From positions 7,308 through 71,307 of the forward strand of contig WANX01000002.1 in NCBI GenBank assembly GCA_015521565.1: 64,000 nt of DNA, in the 5' to 3' direction. A model generated the notes under the pieces. That model worked only from the letters and a program-made list of their open reading frames with translations, ran no database searches and had not been told where the DNA came from. This DNA comes from Candidatus Hydrothermarchaeota archaeon (GTDB taxonomy: Archaea > Hydrothermarchaeota > Hydrothermarchaeia > Hydrothermarchaeales > BMS3B). The translations under genes were made by a program, and so were the position numbers. Below, piece after piece: positions 53,852 to 63,397 of the stretch (position 1 is its first letter; each line of letters begins with the position of its first letter).

Positions 53852-54676
53852 TCAGAATTCAAGGAATGTGCCCCTGTCCCAGAAGTAGTTTATTATCTCC
53901 CCAACCCACTCCACAAACTCCGGCTCGCCGGACATGAAACCGCTGTCCAGGTTGGAGCCGCCACCTCTGTAGGGGAAGTTTATTCCGGCTATCCTGCTGT
54001 CCACAACGATTGCATGCATAAGAACTTCGGGATGCTCTTTCATCCGGAAGTTTTCCCTGAAGCTCCTGAGCCGGGCACCGCTCAGCCCATGGCTGCTCAC
54101 AAACTGCGCGGCGTACTTCTGCCTCACCTCCGCATATCCCGTGCTGCATATGCCGCGATATTGCACCCCCTGAAGCACCTTGTTGCCAACCAGCTCGAAA
54201 AACTGATACGACGGTCTGTCGGCAAGCATGTCAATGCTTTCCTCCGCCTGCTGGATGCGCATCAGAAGCTCTGTTATCAGTGAGAAGGGGTCTTTAATAA
54301 ACCTGGCACTGTTCAGCAGTTTCAGACCGTGGATGAATCTTTTCGGAAGGTAGGAGATGCTCACCCTGTTCAGCGGCTCAACCCTGGTGTTTATTGCGCT
54401 GATGTTCTGAGCTATGTCCTGAAAGCTTCTGGATATGTAGAAGCCCAGATTTGTGAGCCGGTATCTGCCCGCCTTTTCGTCCACCAGCCCTATCTTTTTA
54501 AGAGAATCCAGATAGCGCTTCACAGTGGCAAAGGACTTCTCGGCTCCCGCCTTTATGAGAGCCCGGCGCACATCTGCAACGCTGACGGGAACCTCGTTCA
54601 TAAGGCCAAGCACAGCCAGCCTGTTGTCCAGTGCACACTCGGAAAGAATTTGCTGTAGAGAAATACCATTTTTCAT
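53852..54676 (-). CDS. Archaeal winged-helix transcriptional regulator (FilR1/DUF1724-like)
   Basis: N-terminal wHTH (LAVLGLMNEVPVSVADVRRALIKAG...VKRYLDSLKKIGLV) and a C-terminal alpha/beta domain. Divergent from the surface-protein gene. Confidence 0.55.
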   Translation of the reverse strand: MKNGISLQQILSECALDNRLAVLGLMNEVPVSVADVRRALIKAGAEKSFATVKRYLDSLKKIGLVDEKAGRYRLTNLGFYISRSFQDIAQNISAINTRVEPLNRVSISYLPKRFIHGLKLLNSARFIKDPFSLITELLMRIQQAEESIDMLADRPSYQFFELVGNKVLQGVQYRGICSTGYAEVRQKYAAQFVSSHGLSGARLRSFRENFRMKEHPEVLMHAIVVDSRIAGINFPYRGGGSNLDSGFMSGEPEFVEWVGEIINYFWDRGTFLEF

Positions 54677-54993
54677 GTCATTCTCTCCGCTCTGCAACGG
54701 CATCCACCTTTTAAAGGAAATTCCGGACAGACTTACTCACAGTTTTATGCAATGCTTTCTTGTTGCGGTGCGGATTCGTCCATCACGACATGCTGCTGCT
54801 AATTCAGAATTAAGAAAAAAGATAACCTGAATAAAGATATTAAATTATAAAATTTTGTGATATTTGTCCCCTGTTTTGTAAAAAAAATTTATATGATTGT
54901 GCGCAGTTCGCGGGCGCGCAGGTACTGTGCAGGCCCAAAATTTTTTAAGATATATCCGTGTAATAATAGTTAAAAGGGGGAAGAGAGATAAAA

Positions 54994-55452
54994 GTGCTGA
55001 TGTGCACAGACGGTTCCAGATTTGCAGAAGAAGCAATAGAGCAGGCGGGGTACCTGCTCCGCCATACCTCCCCCGAGGTCACAATCCTCAGGGTAATTCC
55101 CAACTTTGAGGAGGAGTACGCAGAGTACAATGAGTACTTCGAAGTGTTCAGGGACGACATCCACAGGCTGAGAAAGCTTGGCATGCCCAAGGCTGTGAAG
55201 AGGTCCCTGGAGGAGGGTGTGAAGATTCTCAGGAAGTATGGAATAGAAGCGAAAACCAAAGTGCGTCGTGGGCGTGCCGCAGATGAGATACTGAAGGAGA
55301 TAGAGGAGGGAGGTTACAACCTCGTGGTCCTGGCCTCCTACGGCAGGGGTATAAGCAAGTTTATGCTGGGCAGCGTTTCCAGGGAGGTTGTGCACCGCTC
55401 CGAGATACCTGTGCTTGTGATGAAGACAGGAGAGGACAGGGGGATGTTCTGA
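54994..55452 (+). CDS. Universal stress protein (UspA family)
   Basis: C-terminal ATP-binding motif GSVSREVVHRSEIPVLVM. Confidence 0.8.
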   Translation: MLMCTDGSRFAEEAIEQAGYLLRHTSPEVTILRVIPNFEEEYAEYNEYFEVFRDDIHRLRKLGMPKAVKRSLEEGVKILRKYGIEAKTKVRRGRAADEILKEIEEGGYNLVVLASYGRGISKFMLGSVSREVVHRSEIPVLVMKTGEDRGMF

Positions 55453-55453
55453 G

Positions 55454-55852
55454 TTGGCAGCGGGGGAACTTTCAGAGCTGAAGGCAGGAGACATAATGCT
55501 TCCTGCGGATAAGGTGATAACAATTTCACCGGACGAAAAAGTGGCGCTGGCCGACTTAATAATGACGCGCTCCAGTGTGGGGAGCCTGCCCGTGGTGGAG
55601 GGTGACAGAATCCTGGGTATAGTAACCCAGCGCGACATAATGCTGGCAAAGACCTTCCAGGTTGGCTCCCTCCCTGTGCGCGACCTGATGACAAAGCGGC
55701 TGATTGTGGTGGACAGGGATACTCCACTAAAGGAGGTGCTCGGGCTTATGATAAAAAACAGGATAGAGCGCCTCCCAGTGGTGGAAAACGGAAAATTTCT
55801 CGGGCTTATTGTGCACGGGAGGATACTGAAGGAACTCTACCGGCGCCTCTAA
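55454..55852 (+). CDS. CBS-domain pair protein
   Basis: Two CBS motifs in 132 aa. Confidence 0.75.
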   Translation: MAAGELSELKAGDIMLPADKVITISPDEKVALADLIMTRSSVGSLPVVEGDRILGIVTQRDIMLAKTFQVGSLPVRDLMTKRLIVVDRDTPLKEVLGLMIKNRIERLPVVENGKFLGLIVHGRILKELYRRL

Positions 55853-56124
55853 GGCGACGCAGCCCTGGCTGAGTACACGATGTTCCTGAGAATAACTATG
55901 TCCCCCACCGACTTCACAGCCCTGTAGGGCACATTCACGCCCCTGGACTTCTCCGTTCCCAGCCGCTTCCAGAAGCTTTCCTCCACATTCCCCACGAGTA
56001 TTCCGGTCACCTTTCCTGTCTCCGGGTCAATCACCACATCATCCACACTGCCAACGTGAGCACCATCCTCTGTGAAAACCTCCTTGCCGGTAATTTCGCT
56101 CAGCCTTGAGACCAATGAGACCAC
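55849..56124 (-). CDS. Small PRC-barrel domain protein
   Basis: 91 aa. ITGKEVFTEDGAHVGSVDDVVIDPETGKV is a typical archaeal PRC-barrel. Confidence 0.6.
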   Translation of the reverse strand: MVSLVSRLSEITGKEVFTEDGAHVGSVDDVVIDPETGKVTGILVGNVEESFWKRLGTEKSRGVNVPYRAVKSVGDIVILRNIVYSARAASP

Positions 56125-56183
56125 CTCGAGTTTAATTTCTGGCGATGCATATATAAAGCTAATGATTGTTTAATTAATAAAAA

Positions 56184-57281
56184 GTGGCTGGTGAAATCCC
56201 CATGAAGGACAATTACAGGATAAGCAGCATTTTCGGCATCCCCCTGGAGCTCCATGTATCCTTTCTACTGCTCCTGCTCTTTTTTCTTGTATACAGTCTT
56301 ATTACACTTAATCCCGGGCCTTTTATATACATAGTCATGCTCTTTGCCACTGTTACGCTGCATGAGCTGAGCCACTCCCTGGTGGCAATGCGTTATGGAG
56401 TAAAGATATCAAAGATAACCCTGCTGCCCTTCGGCGGTATTGCTGCAATGGAGGAGATTCCCAGAAATCCGCGGAAGGAGCTGGCAATAGCAATTGCAGG
56501 CCCCGGATTCAATTTCGCTGTGGCAGCTGTTACGCTGCTGTTGCTTGCAGCCATCGGAGAGGCCGGGAGAATATTCCCCTTCTTTGATATGAGAATCGCA
56601 GAACCGGTGGACCTGCTTTCTCTGTTCTTTAAAATCAACCTGCTTCTGGGAGCATTCAACCTCTTCATTCCGGCTCTCCCCATGGACGGAGGCCGTGTGC
56701 TGCGCTCTCTTCTGGCCTTCAGACTGGGCTTTTCGGCTGCCACAGAAATAGCCACCGGCATAGCCAGAATGATAGCCATATTCATGGCCCTGCTTGGGGC
56801 CTTTATGCCAAATCTATGGCTGATTTTTATTGCCTTCTTCGTCTACATCGGCGCAACTCAGGAGGGTGAGGTCTCAAAAGTCCACCTCATGCTTTCAGGA
56901 CTCAAGGTGAGGGACCTCATGAGCGCCGATGTTGTGGCGGTTGATGAAGACATAACTCTGGAAGAGTTTGCAGAGATTATGTTCTCTAAGAAGCACATGG
57001 GATATCCCGTGGTGAGGGATGGCAGACTCGTGGGAATAATAACCTTCAGCGACCTGTCAAGGGTTCCCAGGGAGAAGTGGCCCTCAACACGTGTGGGTGA
57101 GGTTATGACAAAGAGGTTGCTTACCATAAGCCCCGAAGAGGAGGCCTCGGAGGCATTTATGAGAATGGCGCGTGCTGGAGTTGGCAGGCTCCTGGTTGTG
57201 GATGAGGGGAGGCTTATTGGGATTATATCCAAGACCGACCTGCTCCGCACCCTCGAGCTGATGAGGCTTATGAGGGATTGA
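56184..57281 (+). CDS. Site-2 protease family (M50) zinc metalloprotease with tandem CBS domains
   Basis: HExxH motif (LHELSHSLV) in a TM helix, a second-half LDG motif (ALPMDGGRV) and two C-terminal CBS domains. Confidence 0.8.
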   Translation: MAGEIPMKDNYRISSIFGIPLELHVSFLLLLLFFLVYSLITLNPGPFIYIVMLFATVTLHELSHSLVAMRYGVKISKITLLPFGGIAAMEEIPRNPRKELAIAIAGPGFNFAVAAVTLLLLAAIGEAGRIFPFFDMRIAEPVDLLSLFFKINLLLGAFNLFIPALPMDGGRVLRSLLAFRLGFSAATEIATGIARMIAIFMALLGAFMPNLWLIFIAFFVYIGATQEGEVSKVHLMLSGLKVRDLMSADVVAVDEDITLEEFAEIMFSKKHMGYPVVRDGRLVGIITFSDLSRVPREKWPSTRVGEVMTKRLLTISPEEEASEAFMRMARAGVGRLLVVDEGRLIGIISKTDLLRTLELMRLMRD

Positions 57282-58723
57282 AGATGCTCACCGCAGAGGA
57301 GTTAAGAGTACTGGACATCAACAGCACCTGGCACGGCGTGGGTGTGGAGGAGCTGATGGAGAACGCCGGCAAAGCGGTGGCGGATGTGCTGTGTGAGAGG
57401 ATACCCGTGGACGGCAAACGTGTGCTGGTGCTCTGCGGCCCTGGCAACAACGGAGGTGATGGTCTTGTGGCGGCGCGCTATCTGGCAGAGAGTGGGGCTG
57501 AGGTGAGCGTGCTCCTGGTGGACGAACCGAAGAGCAGCGCTGCAAAGCTGAACTTGAAGAGACTGCGAAGGAAGGGTGTTAAGGTAAGGCGCAGAACCGG
57601 TAGCCTGAATGCAGAGATAATTGTGGATGCACTTCTCGGCACCGGGATCAGGGGCGAGGTGAGAGAGCCATACAGGAGCCTTATAGAGAAGGTGAACAGG
57701 AGCAGCGCCTTCAAGGTGAGCGTGGATGTACCCTCAGGGCTGAGCGACGCTGGCACTGGCTACTGCGTCGATGCAGACCTGGTGGTGAGCCTTCATGCAC
57801 CCAAGCCGGGACTTGAGCGGTTCTCCACGATTGTTGTTGATATAGGCATTCCGGAGAAGGCCTCACTGTACGTTGGTCCGGGAGATGTGGTGGTGCGCCT
57901 GCCACACAGGCACAGAGAGGCGCATAAAGGAGATTTCGGAAGGGTGCTTGTGGTAGGAGGTAGCGAGAGCTATCACGGTGCCCCTGTGCTCAGCGCTCTG
58001 GCGGCACTGCGCTCCGGTGCAGACCTGGTATATCTTCTGGTTCCTGAGGCGAACTTTGATGTTACCCGCGCCTTCTCACCGGAGCTCATAGTGAGGAAGT
58101 ATCCCGGAGGGCACCTTTCCCCGGAGGCGCTGCCAGAAGCCCGGGAACTCCTGGAGAAGACCGACTGCATGCTCATCGGTCCGGGGCTCGGGCTTGAGGA
58201 AGATACTGTGCTCGCCGTGGCGGAACTTCTCCGGTGTTCCCCTGTACCCTGCGTAGTGGATGCCGATGCGCTCAAGGCACTCTGCGGAAAGCTCCCGGTG
58301 GGCGGGGTGGAGCTGGTGCTTACCCCGCATGCAGGCGAATTTCAGCTGCTTACCGGCGAGAGCCCGGGCAGGACGCTGGAGGACAGGGCGGAGGCTGCGA
58401 AGCGGTGGAGCCATCATCTGAAGGGTGTGCTGCTGCTCAAGGGAAGCGTGGACATCATAGCATCGCCGGAGGGTGAGGCAAGGTTCAACGAGACTGGCAA
58501 TCCGGGCATGACAGCAGGAGGCACCGGTGATGTGCTCGCCGGTGTGGTAGCAGGATTTGTAGCCCAGGGGGTCGCACCCTTCCACGCGGCCTGCTGCGCC
58601 GCCTTTGTTAATGGATATGCGGGAGATATGCTTCTGGAAGAAAAGGGCTACTTCTTCACTGCTCTCGAACTGGCGGAAACAATTCCTCTCGCAATTAAGG
58701 ATATTTTTGAGAGATTCGGATAA
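57278..58723 (+). CDS. nnr: Bifunctional NAD(P)H-hydrate repair enzyme Nnr (epimerase plus ADP-dependent dehydratase)
   Basis: YjeF-N domain (LVLCGPGNNGGDG) fused to a carbohydrate-kinase-like YjeF-C domain (GTGDVLAG). Confidence 0.85.
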   Translation: MKMLTAEELRVLDINSTWHGVGVEELMENAGKAVADVLCERIPVDGKRVLVLCGPGNNGGDGLVAARYLAESGAEVSVLLVDEPKSSAAKLNLKRLRRKGVKVRRRTGSLNAEIIVDALLGTGIRGEVREPYRSLIEKVNRSSAFKVSVDVPSGLSDAGTGYCVDADLVVSLHAPKPGLERFSTIVVDIGIPEKASLYVGPGDVVVRLPHRHREAHKGDFGRVLVVGGSESYHGAPVLSALAALRSGADLVYLLVPEANFDVTRAFSPELIVRKYPGGHLSPEALPEARELLEKTDCMLIGPGLGLEEDTVLAVAELLRCSPVPCVVDADALKALCGKLPVGGVELVLTPHAGEFQLLTGESPGRTLEDRAEAAKRWSHHLKGVLLLKGSVDIIASPEGEARFNETGNPGMTAGGTGDVLAGVVAGFVAQGVAPFHAACCAAFVNGYAGDMLLEEKGYFFTALELAETIPLAIKDIFERFG

Positions 58724-58876
58724 GCCAGGAGATTACCACGTTTGGTTTGCGCTCCCTATCACCGTCCAGTGGCGAAGCTCAAGGAACCTTGCGTTGCAGC
58801 TCAAGCAAATTTTAGGAAATGCTTAAATATCGCATTATTATTAAATCTGAGCAAAAAACATGTGAGGTTTAAGCTT

Positions 58877-59935
58877 ATGGGCAGGCTTGAAGAGGTAATA
58901 AAGAAGATAGAGCCCCTCGACGTTGAAGCGATGAAGCTTGCAGGGGAGAGGCAGGACAGCCTCACAAAGCCACAGGGGAGCCTTGGAATGCTTGAGGAGC
59001 TGAGCATAAAGTTGGCGGGCATACAGCGCACCCCCAGACCAAAGATTGAGAAGAAGGTGATATTTACCCTGGCTGGAGACCACGGCGTGGTTGAAGAGGG
59101 CGTAAGCGCCTATCCGCAGGAGGTTACGCCTCAGATGGTGTACAACTTCCTGCACGGAGGCGCTGCGATAAATGTGCTCGCCCGCCATGCAGGGGCACGC
59201 GTGGTGGTGGTTGACATGGGCGTCGCCGCCGACATAGAGGCGGAGGGGTGTGTTAACAAAAAGGTCGGCTACGGTACGCGCAACATCGCACGCGAGCCTG
59301 CGATGACGCGGGAGCAGGCTGTCGAAGCTATAGAGGCAGGGATAGAGGTGTTTGAGGAGGAGTTCAGGCGGCGTGGGGTGGACCTCGCAGGTGTTGGAGA
59401 CATGGGTATAGGAAACACAACACCCAGCGCTGCGATATGCGCTGCGATTACCGGGAAGGCGCCCGAGGAGGTCACCGGAAGGGGCACGGGAATAGGCGAA
59501 GAGGCGTGGCGCAGGAAGGTGGCCGTGGTGAAGCGTGCCCTGAGGGTGAACCGCCCCAACGCGAGCGATGCGATAGACGTGCTTGCGAAGGTGGGTGGCT
59601 TTGAAATCGCCGGTATAGCGGGCGTTATCCTGGCCTCTGCGGCGCACCGCGTGGCGGTGCTGATAGACGGCTTCATCGCCACCGCTGGCGCGCTTATAGC
59701 GGGAGAGCTGGCGCCTCTCGCAAGAGATTACATGCTCGCAAGCCACCTCTCGCAGGAGGCAGGGCACAGAGCCATGCTGGAGCACCTCTCGCTCAGACCG
59801 CTGCTGAACCTCAACCTCCGCCTGGGCGAGGGCACGGGCGCAGCGCTCGCAATGCACATTGTCGAGGCAAGTGTCAGGATTATCAACGAGATGGCAACCT
59901 TTGCGGAAGCGGGGGTGAGCGAGAGGGTGGAGTAG
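58877..59935 (+). CDS. cobT: Nicotinate-nucleotide--dimethylbenzimidazole phosphoribosyltransferase CobT
   Basis: Collinear with CobT (LTKPQGSLGMLEEL..., GIGNTT). The start is set at MGRLEEV inside the longer ORF. Confidence 0.85.
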   Translation: MGRLEEVIKKIEPLDVEAMKLAGERQDSLTKPQGSLGMLEELSIKLAGIQRTPRPKIEKKVIFTLAGDHGVVEEGVSAYPQEVTPQMVYNFLHGGAAINVLARHAGARVVVVDMGVAADIEAEGCVNKKVGYGTRNIAREPAMTREQAVEAIEAGIEVFEEEFRRRGVDLAGVGDMGIGNTTPSAAICAAITGKAPEEVTGRGTGIGEEAWRRKVAVVKRALRVNRPNASDAIDVLAKVGGFEIAGIAGVILASAAHRVAVLIDGFIATAGALIAGELAPLARDYMLASHLSQEAGHRAMLEHLSLRPLLNLNLRLGEGTGAALAMHIVEASVRIINEMATFAEAGVSERVE

Positions 59936-60180
59936 CTTTATATACCCGTCTGATTTAACTTAATCAGGATGAAGGACAGGCTACGCACAGCGATGCACGC
60001 GCTTGCGCTGCTTGCCGTTATCGGCGGCATATACCGCGCTGCTGGAGAGGTGGACGACGCCTTTGCGGCTCTCTACATGATTCAGTACCTGCTGTGGGCT
60101 ATTCTGTTCGAGGTTGTGGCACTGAACCTCAAGGATGACCGCAAGTTTTGATGCTCCTGTTAAGATTTTCCAAGCACTGG

Positions 60181-61299
60181 ATGCGACTGCTCAGCAAGCT
60201 CGCCGATAGCGGAGTTTCCACCATTGCGGAGAGGGTGCTCGCGGGAGAGGAGCTCTCAAAGCGCGAGGCGTGTGCGCTTATGGAGGAGGGAGACCTCTAC
60301 CTGCTCGGCTTCCTCGCCGACGAGCTGCGCCGCCGTCAGGTGGGCGACCTCGTGAGCTTCGTGGTCAACCGCCAGATAAACTACACCAATGCCTGCGTTG
60401 CGGGGTGCAAATTCTGTGCCTTCTACCGCCCGCCGAGAAGCGGAGAGGCCTACACCTTAAGCGTGGAGGAGGTGGTGGAGAAGGCTTCGCAGGCGGCGCG
60501 TGAGGGTGCTACCGAACTGCACATCGTGGGCGCCCACAACCCCGAGCTGCCCTTCGAGTACTACGAGAGCATGCTGCGCGAGCTCAGAAGGCGCTTTCCA
60601 GAACTCCACCTCAAGGCGTTCACCGCCACGGAGATAGCCTTCTTCTCCAGGAATTTCGGGATGAGCATACGCGAGGTGCTGCTTCGCCTTAAGGAGGCGG
60701 GCTTGAGGAGCATGCCAGGCGGCGGGGCGGAGATACTGGACGAGGAGCTCAGAAGGCAGCTGTGCCCGGGCAAAGCTTCTGCGAGGGAGTGGCTGCGTGT
60801 GATGCGCACCGCCCACGAGCTCGGGATAAAAAGCAACGCAACCATGCTCTTCGGTCACGTGGAAAGCCTGCGCCACCGCGTGGAGCACATGCTAAAGCTG
60901 AGGGAGCTCCAGAAGGAGACGCGCGGCTTTATGTCATTCATCCCTCTGGTCTATCATCCCGAGCACACACCGCTTAAGCGCTCTATGCCGGAGCTGATGC
61001 GCACTTCCGCAGTGGATGTGCTGCGCACTATCGCTGTTGCCAGAATTCTGCTGGGCGAGAGCTTCCGCAACATCCGCGCCTACTGGGTGATGCTGGGCAA
61101 GAAGCTCGCCCAGGTGGCGCTGCACTACGGCGCCAACGACCTGGATGGCACCGTGGTTGAAGAGCGCGTGGCCCATGCGGCCGGGGCAGAGACGGAGCAG
61201 TTTGCAACAAGGGAGGAGCTTGTAGCGCTGATACGCGAAGCCGGGCGAGTGCCTGTGCAGCGCTCCACTGACTACAGGATAATCCAGAGGTGGGATTAG
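60181..61299 (+). CDS. Radical SAM enzyme of the MqnC/MqnE (CofH-like) family, futalosine menaquinone pathway
   Basis: NYTNACVAGCKFCAF radical-SAM cluster in the family-typical context. The start is uncertain (60148 or 60181). Confidence 0.75.
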   Translation: MRLLSKLADSGVSTIAERVLAGEELSKREACALMEEGDLYLLGFLADELRRRQVGDLVSFVVNRQINYTNACVAGCKFCAFYRPPRSGEAYTLSVEEVVEKASQAAREGATELHIVGAHNPELPFEYYESMLRELRRRFPELHLKAFTATEIAFFSRNFGMSIREVLLRLKEAGLRSMPGGGAEILDEELRRQLCPGKASAREWLRVMRTAHELGIKSNATMLFGHVESLRHRVEHMLKLRELQKETRGFMSFIPLVYHPEHTPLKRSMPELMRTSAVDVLRTIAVARILLGESFRNIRAYWVMLGKKLAQVALHYGANDLDGTVVEERVAHAAGAETEQFATREELVALIREAGRVPVQRSTDYRIIQRWD

Positions 61300-62129
61300 T
61301 GCGCCTCGGAGAGACGCATTTTAAAAACACCGACTTCATATATCACGCAATTCGCAGCGGTGCAGTCGAATGTTCCGGGATAGAACTTGTGAAGGCCCAT
61401 CCTCCAGAGCTTGCCAGACTTCTGCTCAGCGGCAAAATAGACGCCGCACCTACGTCGTCAATAATGTATGCGCTCCATCCGGAAGAGCTTGCCATTCTGG
61501 AAGGGCTCTCAATAAGCGCCCCCGCCGGTACGGGTAGCATACTGGTGTTTTCACGGTGTGCCTCCTGCCTGAAGGAGCTGCGGGGAAAAAGAATCGCCAC
61601 CACAAGTACCAGCGCAAGCTCGGTGGCACTTCTCAGGATACTCCTCAGGGAAAAGGGGATAGACGCAAAGCTGGTTGTTAACCATCCCCCCAGGCTTGGA
61701 GAGATGCTCCGTATCGCCGATGCTGCCCTTCTCATTGGGGACCACGCCCTTGTGGCGGGATACCTTCATCCAGAGCTTGTGGTAGCCGACCTGGGAGAGG
61801 AGTGGCGCTCACTGACCGGGCTGCCCATGGTTTATGCACTCTGGCTTGTTACTGATGAGTTCGCCCGGCGCACGGAGATGGTGGAGGAGCTTAAGAGTGT
61901 GCTGGTGCAGGCGAGGCGCTATGCGTATGAGCACCACCACGAGCTCGCCCGGGTGTTTGCGGAGCAGCTGGGCATTCCCGCGCGGGTGATGCGGGAGCAT
62001 CTGCGCTGCCTTGATTACAACCTGAGCAGCAGGAATCTGCGGGGGCTTAAAAGATTCTTTGAACTCGCATCCAGGCACGGGATAATTCCCTCCGTACCCG
62101 AGCTCAGATTCGCCGGAGGAGAGGGATGA
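61290..62129 (+). CDS. mqnA: MqnA-like chorismate dehydratase (futalosine pathway)
   Basis: Periplasmic-binding-protein-like fold with a family-like N-terminus (VRLGETHFKNTDFIYHAI). Lies between two mqnC/E paralogs. Confidence 0.65.
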   Translation: MGLVRLGETHFKNTDFIYHAIRSGAVECSGIELVKAHPPELARLLLSGKIDAAPTSSIMYALHPEELAILEGLSISAPAGTGSILVFSRCASCLKELRGKRIATTSTSASSVALLRILLREKGIDAKLVVNHPPRLGEMLRIADAALLIGDHALVAGYLHPELVVADLGEEWRSLTGLPMVYALWLVTDEFARRTEMVEELKSVLVQARRYAYEHHHELARVFAEQLGIPARVMREHLRCLDYNLSSRNLRGLKRFFELASRHGIIPSVPELRFAGGEG

Positions 62130-63226
62130 TGTTTCAGGTCGACGGTGAGGTTGTCGCAGCACTTGAGAAGGCGCTCGCGGGGGAGGAGCTCAGCCTCAGG
62201 GAGGTCGTCCTTCTCCTGAAATCGAGAGATGTGAAGCTCCTTGCTGTAGCGGCGAACGAGCTGCGCCGCCGCCAGGTGGGCGACCTGGTAACCTTTGTAA
62301 TCGACACCAGCATAAACTACACCAATGCCTGCGTTGCGGGGTGCAAATTCTGCGCCTTCTACCGCCCGCCGGGAAGCGGAGAGGCCTACACCCTGAGCGT
62401 GGAGGAGATTCTGGAAAGGGTTGCCCGGGCGGTCAGGCTGGGGGCAACGCAGGTGCTGCTCCAGGGAGGCCTCAATCCAGAGCTGGACATCGAGTACTAC
62501 GAGGAGGTTCTAAGAAGTGTAAGGGAGCGCTTCCCGCAGGTGCAGAGACACTTTTTCTCCCCAAGCGAGGTGGTGCACATATCCAGACTGGAGAAGATGA
62601 GCATACGCGAGGTGCTGCTCCGGCTTAAGGAGGCGGGCCTGCAGAGCATGCCCGGCGGCGGGGCGGAGATACTGAGCGACCACCTGAGGAGAGAGCTCAG
62701 CCCCGGAAAGGTCTCCGCAGAGGAGTGGCTGCGCGTGATGCGCACCGCCCACGAGCTCGGTATACCGACGACGGCGACGATGGTTTTCGGTATGGGAGAG
62801 GGCAGCAGGGAGAGGGCAGAGCACCTGCTCCGGCTGAGGGAGCTGCAGAAAGCCACACGGGGTTTTACAGCCTTCATACCCTGGAGCTTCAAGCCGGGTA
62901 AGACGGTGCTCGGGAGGAGAAAGCAGGTCCACGAGGCGGGGGGCGTGGATTACCTCACTGTGGTGGCTGTATCCAGGCTGGTGCTGGGCGATAGCTTTAG
63001 AAACATTCAGGCATCGTGGCTGACCCAGGGTGTTCAAATGGCCCAGCTTGCGCTGTGCTGCGGAGCCAACGACTTCGGAGGGACGATGATAGAGGAGCAT
63101 GTGGTTAAAGCGACGGGCTACGAGACGCGCTACCTCCCGCCGGAGAGAATAGTTGCGCTGGTTAAACAGCTCTCCCGTCCGGTGGCGCAGAGGGATACGC
63201 TCTACAAAATTATCAGGAGATTCTGA
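62126..63226 (+). CDS. Second radical SAM enzyme of the MqnC/MqnE family
   Basis: The same NYTNACVAGCKFCAF motif. Paralogous to 60181-61299. Confidence 0.75.
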   Translation: MMFQVDGEVVAALEKALAGEELSLREVVLLLKSRDVKLLAVAANELRRRQVGDLVTFVIDTSINYTNACVAGCKFCAFYRPPGSGEAYTLSVEEILERVARAVRLGATQVLLQGGLNPELDIEYYEEVLRSVRERFPQVQRHFFSPSEVVHISRLEKMSIREVLLRLKEAGLQSMPGGGAEILSDHLRRELSPGKVSAEEWLRVMRTAHELGIPTTATMVFGMGEGSRERAEHLLRLRELQKATRGFTAFIPWSFKPGKTVLGRRKQVHEAGGVDYLTVVAVSRLVLGDSFRNIQASWLTQGVQMAQLALCCGANDFGGTMIEEHVVKATGYETRYLPPERIVALVKQLSRPVAQRDTLYKIIRRF

Positions 63227-63249
63227 GGCTATCTTTAAGGAGGGAAGAG

Positions 63250-63324
63250 GGCCACGGCCGAGATTTGAACTCGGGCTAAGGGATCCACAGTCCCTTGTGC
63301 TGACCAGGCTACACTACCGTGGCC
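63250..63324 (-). tRNA. tRNA-His (anticodon GUG) with genomically encoded G-1; no encoded CCA
   Basis: Hand-folded cloverleaf. An 8-bp acceptor stem (GGCCACGG/CCGTGGCC) that includes the G-1:C73 pair. D-stem GTGT/GCAC. Anticodon stem AGGGA/TCCCT with loop CTGTGGA. T-arm CCGAG-TTCAAAT-CTCGG. Confidence 0.8.
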
Positions 63325-63397
63325 ACGGGATTTTCAGGATAGACACTGCGGATAACAATGGGAAGCATATTTAAATGAAAGGGGAAAACTTAATACG

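Noticed and set aside
59969-60151. 60-aa hydrophobic ORF between cobT and the mqn cluster
   Set aside because: It could be a genuine single-pass micro-protein (ALALLAVIGGIY...LLWAILFEVVAL), but it has no conserved features and sits where promoter or leader sequence is expected. Too weak to list as a feature.
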